Shown: positions 37,295 to 50,000 of the stretch, in pieces
How positions within the stretch are numbered: the first letter of the stretch is position 1
How the letters are laid out: each line of letters starts with the position of its first letter
Origin: Lama guanicoe
Lineage: Eukaryota
NCBI GenBank assembly: GCA_013239625.1
Contig: MU053934.1
Span: 10,517,003-10,581,002, forward strand
DNA: 64,000 bases
Reading direction: 5' to 3'
The notes under the pieces: generated by a model
The model's input: only the letters and a program-made list of their open reading frames with translations
Database searches by the model: none
Told to the model about the DNA's origin: nothing
Made by a program: the position numbers and the translations under genes

Positions 37295-39352
37295 GTAAAA
37301 CATTTCTAAACCATTACCCTGAGTTATGTGCTGGTTGCAAAGTAAGTACCCGGCTTGGACTGAGGTTTATCTGTACAAAAGGGAAGATGTATTTGCACAG
37401 GTCTTCCCCATCTGCCTTCCAGGAATACACATTTCGGCTCCCGGATCAACAGCAGACCTGAGATCCCTTCCATTCCCCGGGACCCTGGTGCCAAATGGCC
37501 CCATTAGTCAACGAGTCCCGAAAAATCAATAGTGAAACGCTTGGTGAGACCTCTGTGCTTTTGCCAACCCTCTCCTCCCTTCCACGAATGAAGCATGGCC
37601 ATGGGGGATCGTCGAACCGCAAATAAGTCACGTTCGCAGGGCACAAACCATGTGCCCAAGTGATTTAAAAAAACAAAAGTTTCCCAACCACCTGCCCTCC
37701 GCTGGTCTCCCTGGATCGCTGTGCTCCATCGGCAAAATTGCTTTAAATTGCACCCTCGTGGGCCATCTCCGAGTCTGTTTATCTCTGGGTCCTTCAGCTT
37801 AGGTTCTAATTGGGCTGTAGCGGGGAGGGAGGACGGGGACCTGCCGTGGGGCAGGACGTGCCTGGGGCTTTGGTTCTCGTTTCCTGGGTGGAGAAGCGGG
37901 GGCTCCACTAGACGAAGCAGCTGGGCTGGGAATGAAGCCGGACCCGCTGCCTTCAAGACCCATGTTCTTTGTTACCTTGTTTCTCTTGGACAGACTGGAA
38001 GTGTGGCCTTGGGGTCCTGATGAGGGGCCTCATCTCCATTCCCACAGTGAGGCAGGCGGGTGGCCGACGCCGGGCCTCTGGATGGTTCTCCCTGGAGCCC
38101 CGCCCTTCTCTCTCTGGGGGAACCCGTGCCCCCCGACACTGTCACTTGGGCCTGGGGGACCTCTGAATGCCCCACCAGCTCTGAGGCTTCAGGACTTGAA
38201 CTCCTGAGGCTGTTGTGGGGAGCGGGGCCAGCCCCCAAGCCCCAAGCATCCCAGAGAACGCCCCAGCTTAAACCTCATCACCCACCTGACCCTTGACCAT
38301 CCCCACCAGGGTCTGGACCACCCCGGGTCCAGGGACACTGGTCGCCCGGCCCACTAGGTCTCAGCAGGTGAGCCGACAGCCCTCTGGGACAGTGATGCTG
38401 GGTGTCACAGGAGGAGCCCCAGGTGCCTGGAGGTCCCCTCTCCCCCAGACCCGGTGTTTCTCAGGTCAGCCCCATGTGTTGCCCCCCAGGCTCCCCAGAA
38501 AATCCTCCACACCAGCTGCTGGACGGGGACTCGTCGTTAAGATGGATCAAAGTGATGCCGTGAGAATGCTTTGTCCAGAGGATCCCTCTATAAATTTAAA
38601 GAATTACTGTTCAGATGTTTCCAAAATAATGAAAGGACTCAAAGGGAACCTGTGGTTCCTTTCTGTCAGAAGAGCTGGTTGAAAGTCAGGAAATTCAGCT
38701 ACACTCGGCCCCAGGTCGAGGGGCAGGCGGAAACTTAATCCGTTGTAGCATTTCGTCCGGTTCCTGCAAGGTTCTTCTCTGCACCAAGGGAAGGAATGTA
38801 ACCAGACGGCTCGTGTTTGCAGAGGGTTTTACAGGCAGTGAGCAGCTGTGGTCGCCCGTGAGGTCACGGAGCCTGTGGCCCTGGGAGGCAGGCTTAGGGG
38901 CTCTTCCGTCAGGGAACACGCCTGGGGCCCCCAGACGCCAGGCAGACCAAGGGGTTTTGCTGCGACCTCTGAGCTGTTCGCTCTCGTTGGTCTCAGGGGA
39001 TTTGAGTCCCGCTGATGAGGCGTTAGATGCCCACCTTAAAAGATGGAGACACGGGGGACAAATTCAGTGCGACAAGCAGGAGCAGCAGGGGGCTGGGTCG
39101 TGAGGATGACCCCGGGAGGGAGACGGGACTCAGCTGGCTGGCCGGGGCTTCCTGCGGGCCTCCCTCCTGGCCTCCCTCCTCCCGCCCGCCTCCTGGGTGC
39201 GCCGCCCCCAGCTCTGGGCACAGTGCTGGGCCGGGGCTCAGCCAGCGACTTCCCTCCTCTCCTCCGCCCCCTCCCGGGCGGTCTTAGCTTTGCACACCCG
39301 GGTCTCTCTCCAGCGCGCCCCCTCCTGCCTGTGCTCACACCCTGGGCTTGGC

Positions 39353-39484
39353 GGGGGGGGGGGTCTAGCTCAAGTGGTAGAGCACGTGCTTAGCGTGCAG
39401 GGGGTCTGGGGTTCAATCCCCAGCACCTCCTCCGGAATAAATAAACCCAGTTACCTCCCCCACCAAAATAAAGTGATTAAATAA
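39353..39484 (+). mobile_element. tRNA-Ala-derived SINE (camelid vic-1 type)
   Basis: G-run, A box TAGCTCAAGTGG, anticodon arm gtgcttAGCgtgca, B box GGTTCAATCCC, then non-tRNA tail aataaataaacccagttacctccccc and an A-rich end. Confidence 0.9.
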
Positions 39485-39640
39485 CACTCCTCGGGCCTGT
39501 TCACAGGTGAGCTCTGCGTCTGTGCTGGGCGGGAGGCCCTTCAGTGGGAACGTGGCCAGCTCCCTCCGAGGGAACCTCTGCCCTCCCTTGCTTTTCTGAC
39601 GTCACCAAACCCTAGAAAATCCATTTATTTAAAGCTGACC

Positions 39641-39910
39641 GGGGAGGGACAAATTTGGAATTTGGGGATTAATGGACACACACTACTATATATAAACTAG
39701 ATCAACAAGGCCCTGCTGCAGAGCACAGGGAGCTGTATTCGATTTCTGTCACAGCGCATAATGGCAGAGAATCTGACAAGGAATACGCAACTATACATAC
39801 GCACACGTATAACAGGATCGCTTTGCTGTGCACTTTGCTGTAAATTTCATGCTTCACTGAAAGAAATAAACTTTAAAAAACAGACCACAACAACAACGAA
39901 GCAAAGCAAA
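39641..39910 (+). mobile_element. 5'-truncated L1 3' UTR with A-rich tail (artiodactyl type)
   Basis: ggggagggacaaatttggaatttggggattaa...cactactatatataaactagatcaacaaggccctgctgcagagcacagggagctgtattc...aaataaactttaaaaaa. Confidence 0.85.
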
Positions 39911-41244
39911 CCCAACAATTTCTGGAAATTAGGTGCATCTGACTGACACGTGTGAAGCCAGCAGAGCCCGGGCCGGGGAGCGACGTGGCCCCTGCCCTGC
40001 CCTCTGCCTGGGGCTCCTCGGACCACTCAGACCCCCGGTGACGCGGTGCTGCGGTGCGGCCGCCCGCTGCTCCTGCTCGTGCAGGCACCTTGCCCGCGCA
40101 GTGCGCGTCCTTTCCTGTAACTACCGCAGCGATAGAAGCTGCTGTTATCCTGGTACCTGCCCTCCAAGGTAAGGGGCCTCCCGCGGTCACGGGGAGGGGA
40201 GCTCCAAGGTCACACAGCGCGGAGGGCCCTGCAGGACCAGGGCCAGCACCGCCCGGCTCCAGCTCCGGCTCCGAAGCGCCGTGCTTCCTCCCAGTGTCAC
40301 CAGATGCTGACTTGTTATTAATTTGCTAATTAAGCCCTGCCATTCGGTGGGTTTTCACGTCGCATCAGCCTGCTAAACGGCAGAACCCAAACGGTTCAAG
40401 CCATCTGCTCCTCAAATCTGTCGTGTCCGCTTCCCTTCTACTCTGCATCCGTTGCAGGGTGGGAGCGGGGGGAGAACTCGGTCAGCAGCCCTCCCCTCGC
40501 AGACCCTCTCGGGGCCCCGACCTCACCCTCCGGGCCAGGCCTGGTTGGTTGTAGGGACAGAAATTGGCTGTACGCTCAGGAGGGGATGGATGGGGTGGTT
40601 GGACGGATCCACCTCCAAGGTCAAGGGGCAGCTCCTGGGGCCGAGGGCTCAGCCCTCCCCGAGGGCCCCTCCCCTTTGCTAGTCTTCCTGGGTCAGCGTG
40701 CCCCGCCCTCCTACACTGACGTCCTCTTGGAGGCTGGAGGCCAGGACCGTGAGCACAGGTCCTGGGTCCAGCCTCTAGAGCAGGTGCACAGGCACGTGGG
40801 AACTTGCCCTGTGAGCCCGCTTGCCCTGGGTCACTGCGGCCCCTGCTCGGCCGGGGCCTCCAGCCTCCCCTGACCCCGCTGGTCCCTCGGCCGTCTCGCT
40901 GCAGCTCATCTAGGGGTGGGGGCCACATCAGCTCCAGGCCACTGCTGCACATCTCTTGTTCTCTTGAAGGGTTCCTTTCTGTATGCTGGTCCAAAAGGAG
41001 ACCGGGATCCCTCGGTGTCGGGGGGCAGCACACCCACCCACCGGCAGCTCCTTCTCCCCAGGGGGCCTCTGAACCCTGGGGCACCCTGACATGTGCCTTC
41101 CATCCTGGTGCCCTGGGGGGCGTTCCTGAACACGGCTAATCTCAAACTCCGAGGCTGTTCCAGCATCTCCCCCCAAGGCACCTCCCAGTCTTCACGCTCA
41201 AAGTCGGGGGCTGTCTGAATCTAATCCCTGCTCAGGAGAGTCAT

Positions 41245-41410
41245 TTGTTTTCAACTGGGGGGTAATATTTAGCAATGTCTGATGGCCACAACTGGGAAAG
41301 GTGCTCCTGGCATCAGTGGGAAGAGACCAGGGACCTGGCCAGCATCCCGCAGGGCCCAGGACGTGGCACTGAGATGGAGGTCAGGTCTCCCTGGTCCCCC
41401 ACAGCGCCGG
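41245..41410 (+). mobile_element. MER20 hAT DNA transposon relic
   Basis: ttttcaactggggg...atttagcaatgtctg...cacaactgggaaaggtgctcctggcatcagtgggaagagaccaggga. Confidence 0.7.
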
Positions 41411-42699
41411 CCAGTGGGTCCTGGGAGAGGTGAGCCCTTATGTGGGTTTTTGTGCATTTCTACTTTTTATCCCTGTGAAAATACACAGTATTTTAAAACC
41501 TTAGGGGCAGCCGCAGACGCTGTTTGCTTGTGGTCCCGGGACCCACGTGCACTGAGCTCCGACGCTGGAGCCCACACTGTGGCGGGCAGAGCCAGGGAAC
41601 AGAGCTGCTCTCCCAAGCCCCAAGTCAGGTGGCCCGGGCAGTAGGTGGCAGGTGGGCTCCCAGTCTCCCCCGCCACACCCGCTGGAGGACTCGGGCTCAG
41701 GCAGACCCCGTGTAGTGGCCTGGAGGAGGCCAGCGTGCCCTGCCAGACGCTGCCCTGGGGGCTCATGGGAAAGAGTGGCCACAAGGGTCTGAGCCCCTGG
41801 GCGTGACCACATTCCCGGTGCCCACAAGACCAGAGACCCGCAGGGGATGCTTGGGTGACCCACGTGTCCACACTGGGCGCTGCCCCTCACCCCTGGAGAA
41901 GAGCGTGTTACGTGGAGGTGCTTCCCCCCTAAATGTTCACGTGAGTAATTCCTCGGGCCCTTGAAGGCCAAGCTCCTCTGTGCTGGAAATCTACCAGGCC
42001 CGCCAGGGACGTTGGTGTCGCGGTTGGTAGAAGACAGGCAGGCGGCCCCCTTCCCTCCTCTCCCACGAGGCTAATTTCTATTGGTCCCTCTCGGCTTTGC
42101 TGCCCACCCTGTTCCCATGGTTACTCAGTGATTGGCTGATGTATGTCCCTCTACAACACTCCAATCTCACACCGGGGGCAGCCTCAGGCAGAGAAGCCTC
42201 AAGCCCCCTCCCCTTAACAAGGTCTGTTTTAACTTCCTGCTGCTGCTGCGCCTCCTGCATGTGGCACCCGAAGCCAGGAGGGTCATTTGCCTTCGAGGCC
42301 AAGACTGCTACCCCGCCCCACGCGCTGGTCCTCTTCCGCCTTCTCCCTCCGGAGCGGGGCCTTCCCTGGCCATTCCGGGCAGAGTGGCAGGGACACCCGG
42401 CCACCTCCGCCTCTGCCCTCTGGGCGCCCATGACCAGGCCCGGCCTCTCCCGTCAGACAGAGCAGCCGCGGTTCCCTCCGTAGTACAAGTGATCCACCAC
42501 CAGGCGCACGGTGAGGCCCTGCAGGGCACCGGGTCCCCGCCTGGCACGGAGACTCGTAGACACAGACACGGGCCCCCGCCTCCTGGAGGTCACGGTCTCG
42601 AAGGGAAGCTGGACACGATGGCGGCTCGTGGCTCCCAGGTCAGGAAGCGTGGATCGTCCCCGTGCCCAGCTCCCACAGGCCCCACTTGTCTTTCAAGTC

Positions 42700-43352
42700 G
42701 CAAGGCAATCGTTAGCCCGTTAGTCACTGAAATCTGGGTCTGGAAGAGACAGCGCACCCCCACGGGCACAGCAGCGTGACTCACAACAGCTGAGACATGG
42801 AAGCAACCCAAGTGCCACAGGCTGATGCATGGAAAAGTGATGAGGTCAGTGCCTGCAAAGGAGCGTTACTCAGCTGTAAGATGAAGGAGATCCTGCCGCC
42901 CGCGACCACAGATGTGAACCTGGAGGACGTGATGCCGAGTGAAATGAGACACGTTCTGCAGGGTCTCACTTATACGTGGAACCCAACGTAGTCACAGTCA
43001 CGGAGGCAGAGAGCGGCACGGCGGCGGCCGGCGGGGAGAGCAATGGGGCGAGCCAAGGCCAGGTGTGCCTGCCGAGTGAACCCCGGGGGTCCGGGGCCTG
43101 CTGCAGAGCACGAGCCTGTGGTTAGTAGCGCCGCTTTGTTACCTTAAAATGCCAAGAATGTAGGTCTATGTTCAGTGTCCTTATCACGCGTAATAAGTAA
43201 ATCGGCGGGAGGGAAGTTCGGGGGGTGACGACCGTGTTTCTGGCGTGATGGTGGTGACGGCTACACGGTGACGCTCATCTCCTGACTCCACCGCTTGCAG
43301 AGACTAAATGCGTGTTGCTTTGTATGCCAGTCACACCTCAGTACAGGGTTTC
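42700..43352 (+). mobile_element. L1MA/L1MB-like 3' end, strongly GC-shifted
   Basis: gacatggaagcaacccaagtgcc, gtgaacctggaggacgtgatgccgagtgaaatgag, ctcacttatacgtggaacc, ttgtatgccagtcacacctcagtacagg. Confidence 0.85.
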
Positions 43353-44874
43353 AAGCAGTCAGTTGATTTCTGACCCAGAAGGAACTACGGTTTGCCAAGC
43401 TTTGTCAGGAGGGATGTGCAGCGGAGGAAGGAACTGGCCCAGCCTGGGGTCCCCGCGGGGACTTCCCGGAGGCACGAGGCCCAGCCTTGGAGGGTCTTGG
43501 AGGACGAAGTTGGTTCAGCCTCTGCTTCCATTTCTGTTTGACCTGCCAGGACCCTTCCCTAATTTCATCAGGGCTTCAGTGTTGAGGACCAGCTGGCGGG
43601 ATGGGAACTAGCCACTCCGTTTTCACGATGGTTTCTCCGAGAATCAGCCCCTCCCCCGAGAAGCCACCCTACATTCTGGCCGGGGTGAAGCCCCTCGCTC
43701 GGTGCCTCTGCAACCCCGTATTTCCTTTCCTTAAACGTTTCCCTTTTCAGGTCTGAGCTGCAACAGGGGTGGCGGCCAGGCGTGGGGCACAGGTCTCTTC
43801 GCCTCCCGGGCCCTCACACTTACCGTCCAGGTGGATGGACACTCAGGATTTCCCGTCCCTGTTTAACTGAGTCCATGCTTTTAACATCTTGAATTCTGTC
43901 AATTGTAAGTCATTAAATTTTTTCCAGCAGAGCCTGCATTCTGAAGAGTGTCCTCTTTCCCCAAATTGAAACTGGATGTAGTGCATTTTTGTGTTGTTAA
44001 TGTTAACAGGAAATTGTTTCCGAAAATGACAGTGCAGACAAGGAAACGTCTGCTCAACGGGAACGATGGCGTGAAGGCCAGCGTGATCGGGGGGCACGGG
44101 GCTCGGACGCTGGACCGCCAGCCGCCCCGCTGGCCCCTGCACCTTCCCTGCCTCTCCCAGGCGCCTGCCTCTGCGCGTCCCTCTCACGCCAAGGGGACGC
44201 TTCCTCCAGGTCGGCCTGAGCCTGGGCATTTCGCTCCGCCGTCTCTCCCTGGTGAGCCCCCTCCCCACAGCCTCAGCCACCTTGTGTTCTCCAGGAGGAT
44301 CCCCAGTCGCGTCCTTTCCCCAAACTTCCTGCTCGGGGGACTCCGCAGCAGCACGTCGCCCTGGCTGCCTCCCTGCCTCCCTGCCTCCCTGCCTGCCACG
44401 CTCCTATTTAAATTAATGGGATTATCCTTCAAGACACTGCCAAGGGCGGGGCATTTGGAAACCATCGTCAATGCCCATATTAATTCATGAACAACACCCA
44501 GAAGGTCCTTATTTTCGCAGTCTCCCCACCTCACTATTGCCCCTGCTTAAATTGCGGGCCTCCTGGTCTCTAACCAGAGCCACGCCGTGTCCTCAACACC
44601 CTCCCTCCTCCTCACCGTGCTCGCACTGGGCTGAGCTCACTGCACCTGGGCAAGCATCCCCAGGCCTTCCGTGCAGCACGCGGGGGAGGTCTCAGCTCCT
44701 TCCATGGGGCTCCTGGCCCCCCAGGACCCTGGCTGCCGATGTCCGGCCTTACCCGTCACTCCCCCGGAAATGCTCCGTGTCCTGATGGGGCCAGGCACTG
44801 TCCTCCCTCCTCTCCCAGGCTCCTACCAAAACCCACAACCAACAGAACCGCACCTTCCCATTAACCCTTGTGTC

Positions 44875-45389
44875 TGTCACAGGGGAGAACAAGCCCAACC
44901 CCACGCTGGACCTGCCCCTTTGGCTCTGCCCTGGGCTCTGGGTCCCGGGCCCAGTCAGGCTGGTTCTGCTCCTCCTGTGAGAGAATGCCGCCTGGAGCCT
45001 GAGACCCACGGGAGGGCCGGTTCCCAGGGCTCTGACCTTTAAGGGTGTAGCGCTTTCCATTCATATAAAAAGCAAAAGGTGCAGGACAGGGAATAACATT
45101 CGTCTTGTTGGAGGTTTACAGGGACATCCTGACCTGACCCACGTGGACGGCTGCAAGAACAAAGGATTCCGACACCAAGATGTCTGCAACAGCCAGCCAC
45201 ACTCCTCCCCTTTCTAGTATAAAAGGAGACTGAATTCTGACTTGGGGAAGATGGATCTCCAGAGCACTTAGCCCCCATCTTCTCGGTCTGCTGACTTTCT
45301 GAATAAAGTCCTTATTCCTGCCCAACACCTCAGCTCCCGATTTGCGGGCCTGTCGTGCGGTGAGCAGAGCGAGTCTGGTCTGGGCAACG
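44875..45389 (+). mobile_element. ERV1-class solo LTR (LTR39-like) with perfect 4 bp TSD
   Basis: TGTCAC...GGCAACG flanked by TGTC (44871-44874 and 45390-45393). TATAAAA at 45218-45224 and AATAAA at 45302-45307. Confidence 0.9.
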
Positions 45390-45988
45390 TGTCCTCAGAA
45401 GCCCCCGCCGTCGGCTCCCTTCTTGGGACGCTCTCCGTGTCTCCTTTGTCCAGAACGTCCCATCCTCCTCCAGCAAAACCCACATCCACTTGCTCCACTG
45501 GGTGAGCAGTTGAGAGGCTGAAGAATCTGGGTCCTAAACAGACAATCTAAGATGTGATTTCGTCGGTGGAGGGGTTTCTGGGTGCATGCTCTGGAGCCCC
45601 AGCCATTCTTGTGGGGCTTTGTGGCCACAGCCTTTGGCACACCCCCTCCTCCGACCCTCTCCCTTAACCCTACACTTCTGTTTATAAAACTTGTGACTGC
45701 ATCTCAGCATTTGGAATTTAAAAAAAAAAAAACCTGGGAATAAAGCAGATATTTTATAACCCGGACAAGTTAAGGGTGTTTCTCTTTGTCAATAAAGCAT
45801 TTATACATTGAAAAAAAGTCCTGCATGGAGACACTTGATCATGTAATTCAATACAAAGCCCTAGGAGGGAAACGCAGAATTTGTTTGCTTAAGGAAGCTC
45901 TCATTACCAAGTTCTAAAAAGCCATAGAATTTATCATTTAGAAACAGAGATTTAAGACTAGGTAAGCAACCCTAGCCAGGAGAAAAGG

Positions 45989-46014
45989 CACACACACACA
46001 CACACACACACACA
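45989..46014. repeat. (CA)13 microsatellite
   Basis: Seen directly. Confidence 0.95.
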
Positions 46015-46129
46015 TATTTTCTCTTTACCAATGAACTATATTTAGAATCTAACTGAATATGTTCCACAAGTTGTAGGAGGAACGGCTATTCGCCAATTTC
46101 CTGTTTTTTCTCACTCAAGTAGCTTTGGT

Positions 46130-46473
46130 GTTGGGGGAGTCAGTGTGTCAGCCGGAGCAACTGTACCTCCTGCTTCCCGTTCCAGCTGGGGGATCTTGTG
46201 ATACATCTGGTCAACGAGAGGTAAACAGCTGTCATGGGGAGCTCCAGGAAATCTCTTAGCCCCATCACTTTTCTCTTTCATTCCTTTTGGAGTACAGGTG
46301 TGATGGCTGGAGCAGCAGTCGCCACCTTGGCATCCCTGCAACCCTGAACCAGTGCCAGCCACCACCCGTCTGTGAGCATCTCTTTAGGTGAGAAAAATAA
46401 GCCCCTTTTGGTTCAGTCATTGCTTTCTGCTGTCCTTGTTGTTACTCAGAGCTGGACAAAAACACCTCACCAA
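46130..46473 (+). mobile_element. Old MaLR LTR (MLT1I/J/K-like)
   Basis: gtgtgatggctggagcagcagtcgccaccttg...gtgagaaaaataagccccttttggttcagtca...ttgttactcagagc. Confidence 0.6.
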
Positions 46474-46475
46474 TT

Positions 46476-46841
46476 GTCTTCCGTCAGAAAAAAACACCAC
46501 AGACTGGGGTGGGGGAAGCTTGATCAAGAGACGTCTGTTTCTAACAGTGCAGGAGCAAGACGCCAGCAGATGCATTTCCTGGTGAGAAGTCTCTTTGTGG
46601 GTGCGCATGGCCACCTTATCTGGTGTCCTCACATGGGGACGGTGGTGGGGAGAGAGCTCTCTGATATCTCTTCCTCTTCTCTTCGGGCACTAACCCTATT
46701 ATGGGGGCCCCACCCTCATCACCTTGTCTGACCCTAACCACCCGCAAAGGCCCCACCTCCTAACACCATCACACTGGAGGTTAGGGCTTCAGCACATGAG
46801 TTTGGCGGGGGGGGGGGTATCCAAACATTTGGTCCGTGACT
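46476..46841 (-). mobile_element. MLT1A-type solo LTR
   Basis: aacaccacagactggg...gtgtcctcacatgg...gggccccaccctcatcacct...aaaggccccacctcctaacaccatcacactggaggttagggcttcagcacatgagttt. Confidence 0.9.
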
Positions 46842-48859
46842 CTGTGCCCAAGGGGGCGCCCCTCTGGTTTTGGCTGAGATGCTGACTGAGCTCTGTCCAT
46901 GGTCAGATACACTCGGACAGAGCTCTGTGCTAAGTACTGTTGAAGAAGTGAAAATACACTCAAATAGTATTTCAAGTTCTGCAGTAAGAAAAGAAATGCT
47001 TACTTTTAGCGCTCTCTTTCTCCTCTTGCTCCGGTCCCCCAAACCCCAGCACGGTTGCAAAGTGGTCACTTTGGGAAACAGGAGTAACAGGAGTTGCTCT
47101 ACCTCAGAAGGTTGCTAACAAACCCGGGCGATATTTGAAAAGACAGCAGCGTTCCTAGAACAGTAGCCACTGCCCTTGCAGGAGAGGCTTTGTCTAGAAA
47201 GGTGACGGTGATGTGCCTGCAGCAGACAGTCCGGAGGGGTGGGCGAGGCAGGTTTCCCTGGGACCCTCAGCTTGGGAGGAAGGTCTGAATCGGGGAGGGG
47301 GGAGTGGAGGCCGGGAGGGCTACCTGCTCGGGCCCCCCAGAGGGCGCTCACGGGGCGGGCGGCCACTTCTGAGCATCGCCCTCCCCACTCTGCTGATGCC
47401 GGCGTCCACCCGATGGCTGGGAAGATTCTGGAGACCGTGGCTCTTCTTCCGTCCAGCTGGGAGCACCCTCCTCGGGACCACGTGTGGCCGGGCTGCTCGG
47501 AGCCCTTAGGTGGCTCCCGTGAACGCAGGCCACCAGCGCCTCCTTCCTCGGCTTCTAACAGGAGGTGAGGAGCCCGTGTTTGGTATCTCTGCACACCTTG
47601 CCCAGGACGCTAACATCTGTCGTAAGGGAGAGCAGACTTCAGCGAAGACCCCTTCCTGTTTGGAAATCAAGCAAAAATAGCGAACTGTCTGAAAAGGAAT
47701 TGCGTCTCCCCGGCTGCACGTCCTGCTGGCGGGAGCCTCTGCGGGAAGGGCGAGCGCTGCACGTCAAGGTGTCAGCAGGGCGGCGTTCCCTCCCGAGGCT
47801 CCGGGGGCGTCTGCTCCTCGCCTCCTGCACGTGCGCAGGTTGAGTCAGAACATTTCAGGGGCAGGGGGACCACAGCCAGCCGGTTCAGCCGACACCCAGC
47901 CACCACCATTAGGGTTGGAAGAGGCCCTCTTCTCCCCAGATCAGCGCGTGAGTGGGGCTCAGGCCCGGAGAGGGGAAGCCTGGGAACAGCTTCCCTCGCA
48001 GGTGATGCTGCTACGAACCAGACAAACCGCGCTTTCAAGAAATAAGACCTTCTCGTCAGGAGCCAGGACTTGGGGGCTGGCCTGGCTTTCTGCGCACATC
48101 GCTGTCGCTCTCACTTGGGAGGGGACCAGTGGACAGCGTGCTGGAGCCTTCTGCCCGCTGTCATCACACAGCAGCATCTCACCAGGCAGCTGCAGGCGTG
48201 CCTTCCCCACTCAGGAGACCAGCAGAGCCTCCCGGGAGGGAAGAAGCCGTCTGTCTGTCAAGCCCGCCTCTTCTTGGCTGTGACCGCCGGTGCGCCTCCA
48301 AACTCCAGTTCTCCCCTCTGTGAAGGAAACAGGATGGGCTGGCTGACCCGCGCTGTCACCAGCTGTGATTTTCTGGTTCCCTGTCTGACGCTCTCCTGGG
48401 CGCCAGGACCAGGGGTAGAGATCTGGGGGATGGGAGGTGCGGCCGTCCGTGCCCGTGGTGGGGGGGACGTGCCCTCCGGCGTAGGGACGCCAGGGGCAGG
48501 CATGACTGGGCGTGTGTCCCGTGGACGGTGAAGGTCGTTTCTCTAGCAGGGCCACTCAGGTGATGGGTTGTGCCAGGCTGGGTGAGAGATATCAGTCTTT
48601 ATCAAAGAGAGTGCACACCAGCCAATTACGGCCAGAAATGGCCTGGAGGTAAAAGCTATTACTGAAGTTCCCTCCCCAGCAGAGCGTGGCCAGGCGGGAC
48701 CTTGGGAAGGGGCGCGGTGAGGCAGAGAAACACTTGTGGGGCGGCCTCGGGTGTGGGTGGATCACAGCCTTGTGCTGTCTGCCTGTCTTCAGTCATTCAT
48801 GGCTGGACCACGCTGGCTTCACGGTCAAGCCCCCACCAGTGGGCATCTGAGCCCTGTGG

Positions 48860-48965
48860 CCCTGTGGGGCCTGTTCCTCCAGTTTTGTTCACTGATATGT
48901 CCCAGATCCAGAAACTTCTGTGGCACAGGGTAGTCACATGGCAGTCACTGTGGAAGGGAGAGAGG
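48860..48965 (+). mobile_element. L2 3' end relic
   Basis: ttttgttcactgatatgtcccagatccagaaac...tggcacagggtagtcac. Confidence 0.6.
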
Positions 48966-49319
48966 GAGCGAGGGAGGGAGGGCGGGCTTGGTGGTGGGGT
49001 CTGCGTGGAACTCTTCCCCGGTCACTTCTGGCCCCACTCGTCAGCCCCCTCCCTCTGGGCCGGGCTGTCCCCTCTGTTGCCACATCCCCACCCCCATCAG
49101 TAGCACCATCCTCACTCCACGCCTGGTCCTTGGATGAGTCAGAAAGTATCCCCGTGTCATTTGCTGAGCGTGGCGCCCCACGGGCTCCCCCGCAGCGGCC
49201 GGCAGCCCCGGAGCAGCTCCGCCTCCTCCCCGAGACTGTGGGCGCCCTGCCCTCGCAGCACGAGGACACGGCTCCTCGGGTACCACTTCCCCCTCCCGCC
49301 CCGCTGCATTATTACGTTA

Positions 49320-50000
49320 GCATATAAACTCGCCGTGGTCTCTCCTGTATTAAAACAATCTTTCATTGTCCCTTTCTCCCCAGTTCCCACCTTTGTCCCC
49401 CTTTCCTTTACAGCGAAGCTTGGCGAAAAAGCTGTCTCCATTCACCACACATGCAGGTGCCCCATCCTGTTCACTCCGCCGCCGCCTGATTAAATCCAGC
49501 TTTTGGGGGAAGCACTCGCCTAATGACCACCCATGACTGTCAGGTCACTAAGGCCAGCGGCCACGCTGCACACTCATCATGTGAGGTCTGCTAGTGGTGC
49601 CTGGCACCTTTGGTGCCTCCTTCTCCTTGAAACACTTTCTGGCTGTGGCTCCCTGGGCTCCTGGCTGACTGGCTTCTGTTCACCTCCGCCGCTGGTGCGC
49701 CCCCTCCCTCAGCCTCCCGGGCTTCACATCTGGACCCCTCTCTTCTCCATGCGGGCCCACTTCCTAGGGGTCCTGTGGCTTCAGAACCACCTACACAGTA
49801 GGGACTCTAGACGGCCCTGAGGTTCCCAGACAGGTCTGCCTGACGGCCCCACTGACGTTGCCACCTCATTGTCTGAAGGCAGGTCAGCCTTAACCCTGCA
49901 CGGGCCACTCAGCTTCTCCCTGTCCGCTCCTCCGGGAGCTGTGCCCATGCAGTCTCCTCCCCTCTCCCATTGCTCAGGCCCCAGCCTAGACCCATCACCT
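49320..50000 (+). mobile_element. L2 body relic
   Basis: tctctcctgtattaaaacaa, cctttacagcgaagctt, ctccttctccttgaaacactttct, tggcttcagaaccacctacac. Confidence 0.65.

Noticed and set aside
39360..39432. tRNA-Ala gene
   Set aside because: Mismatched stems, a SINE-specific tail with an A-rich end, and no oligo-T terminator.
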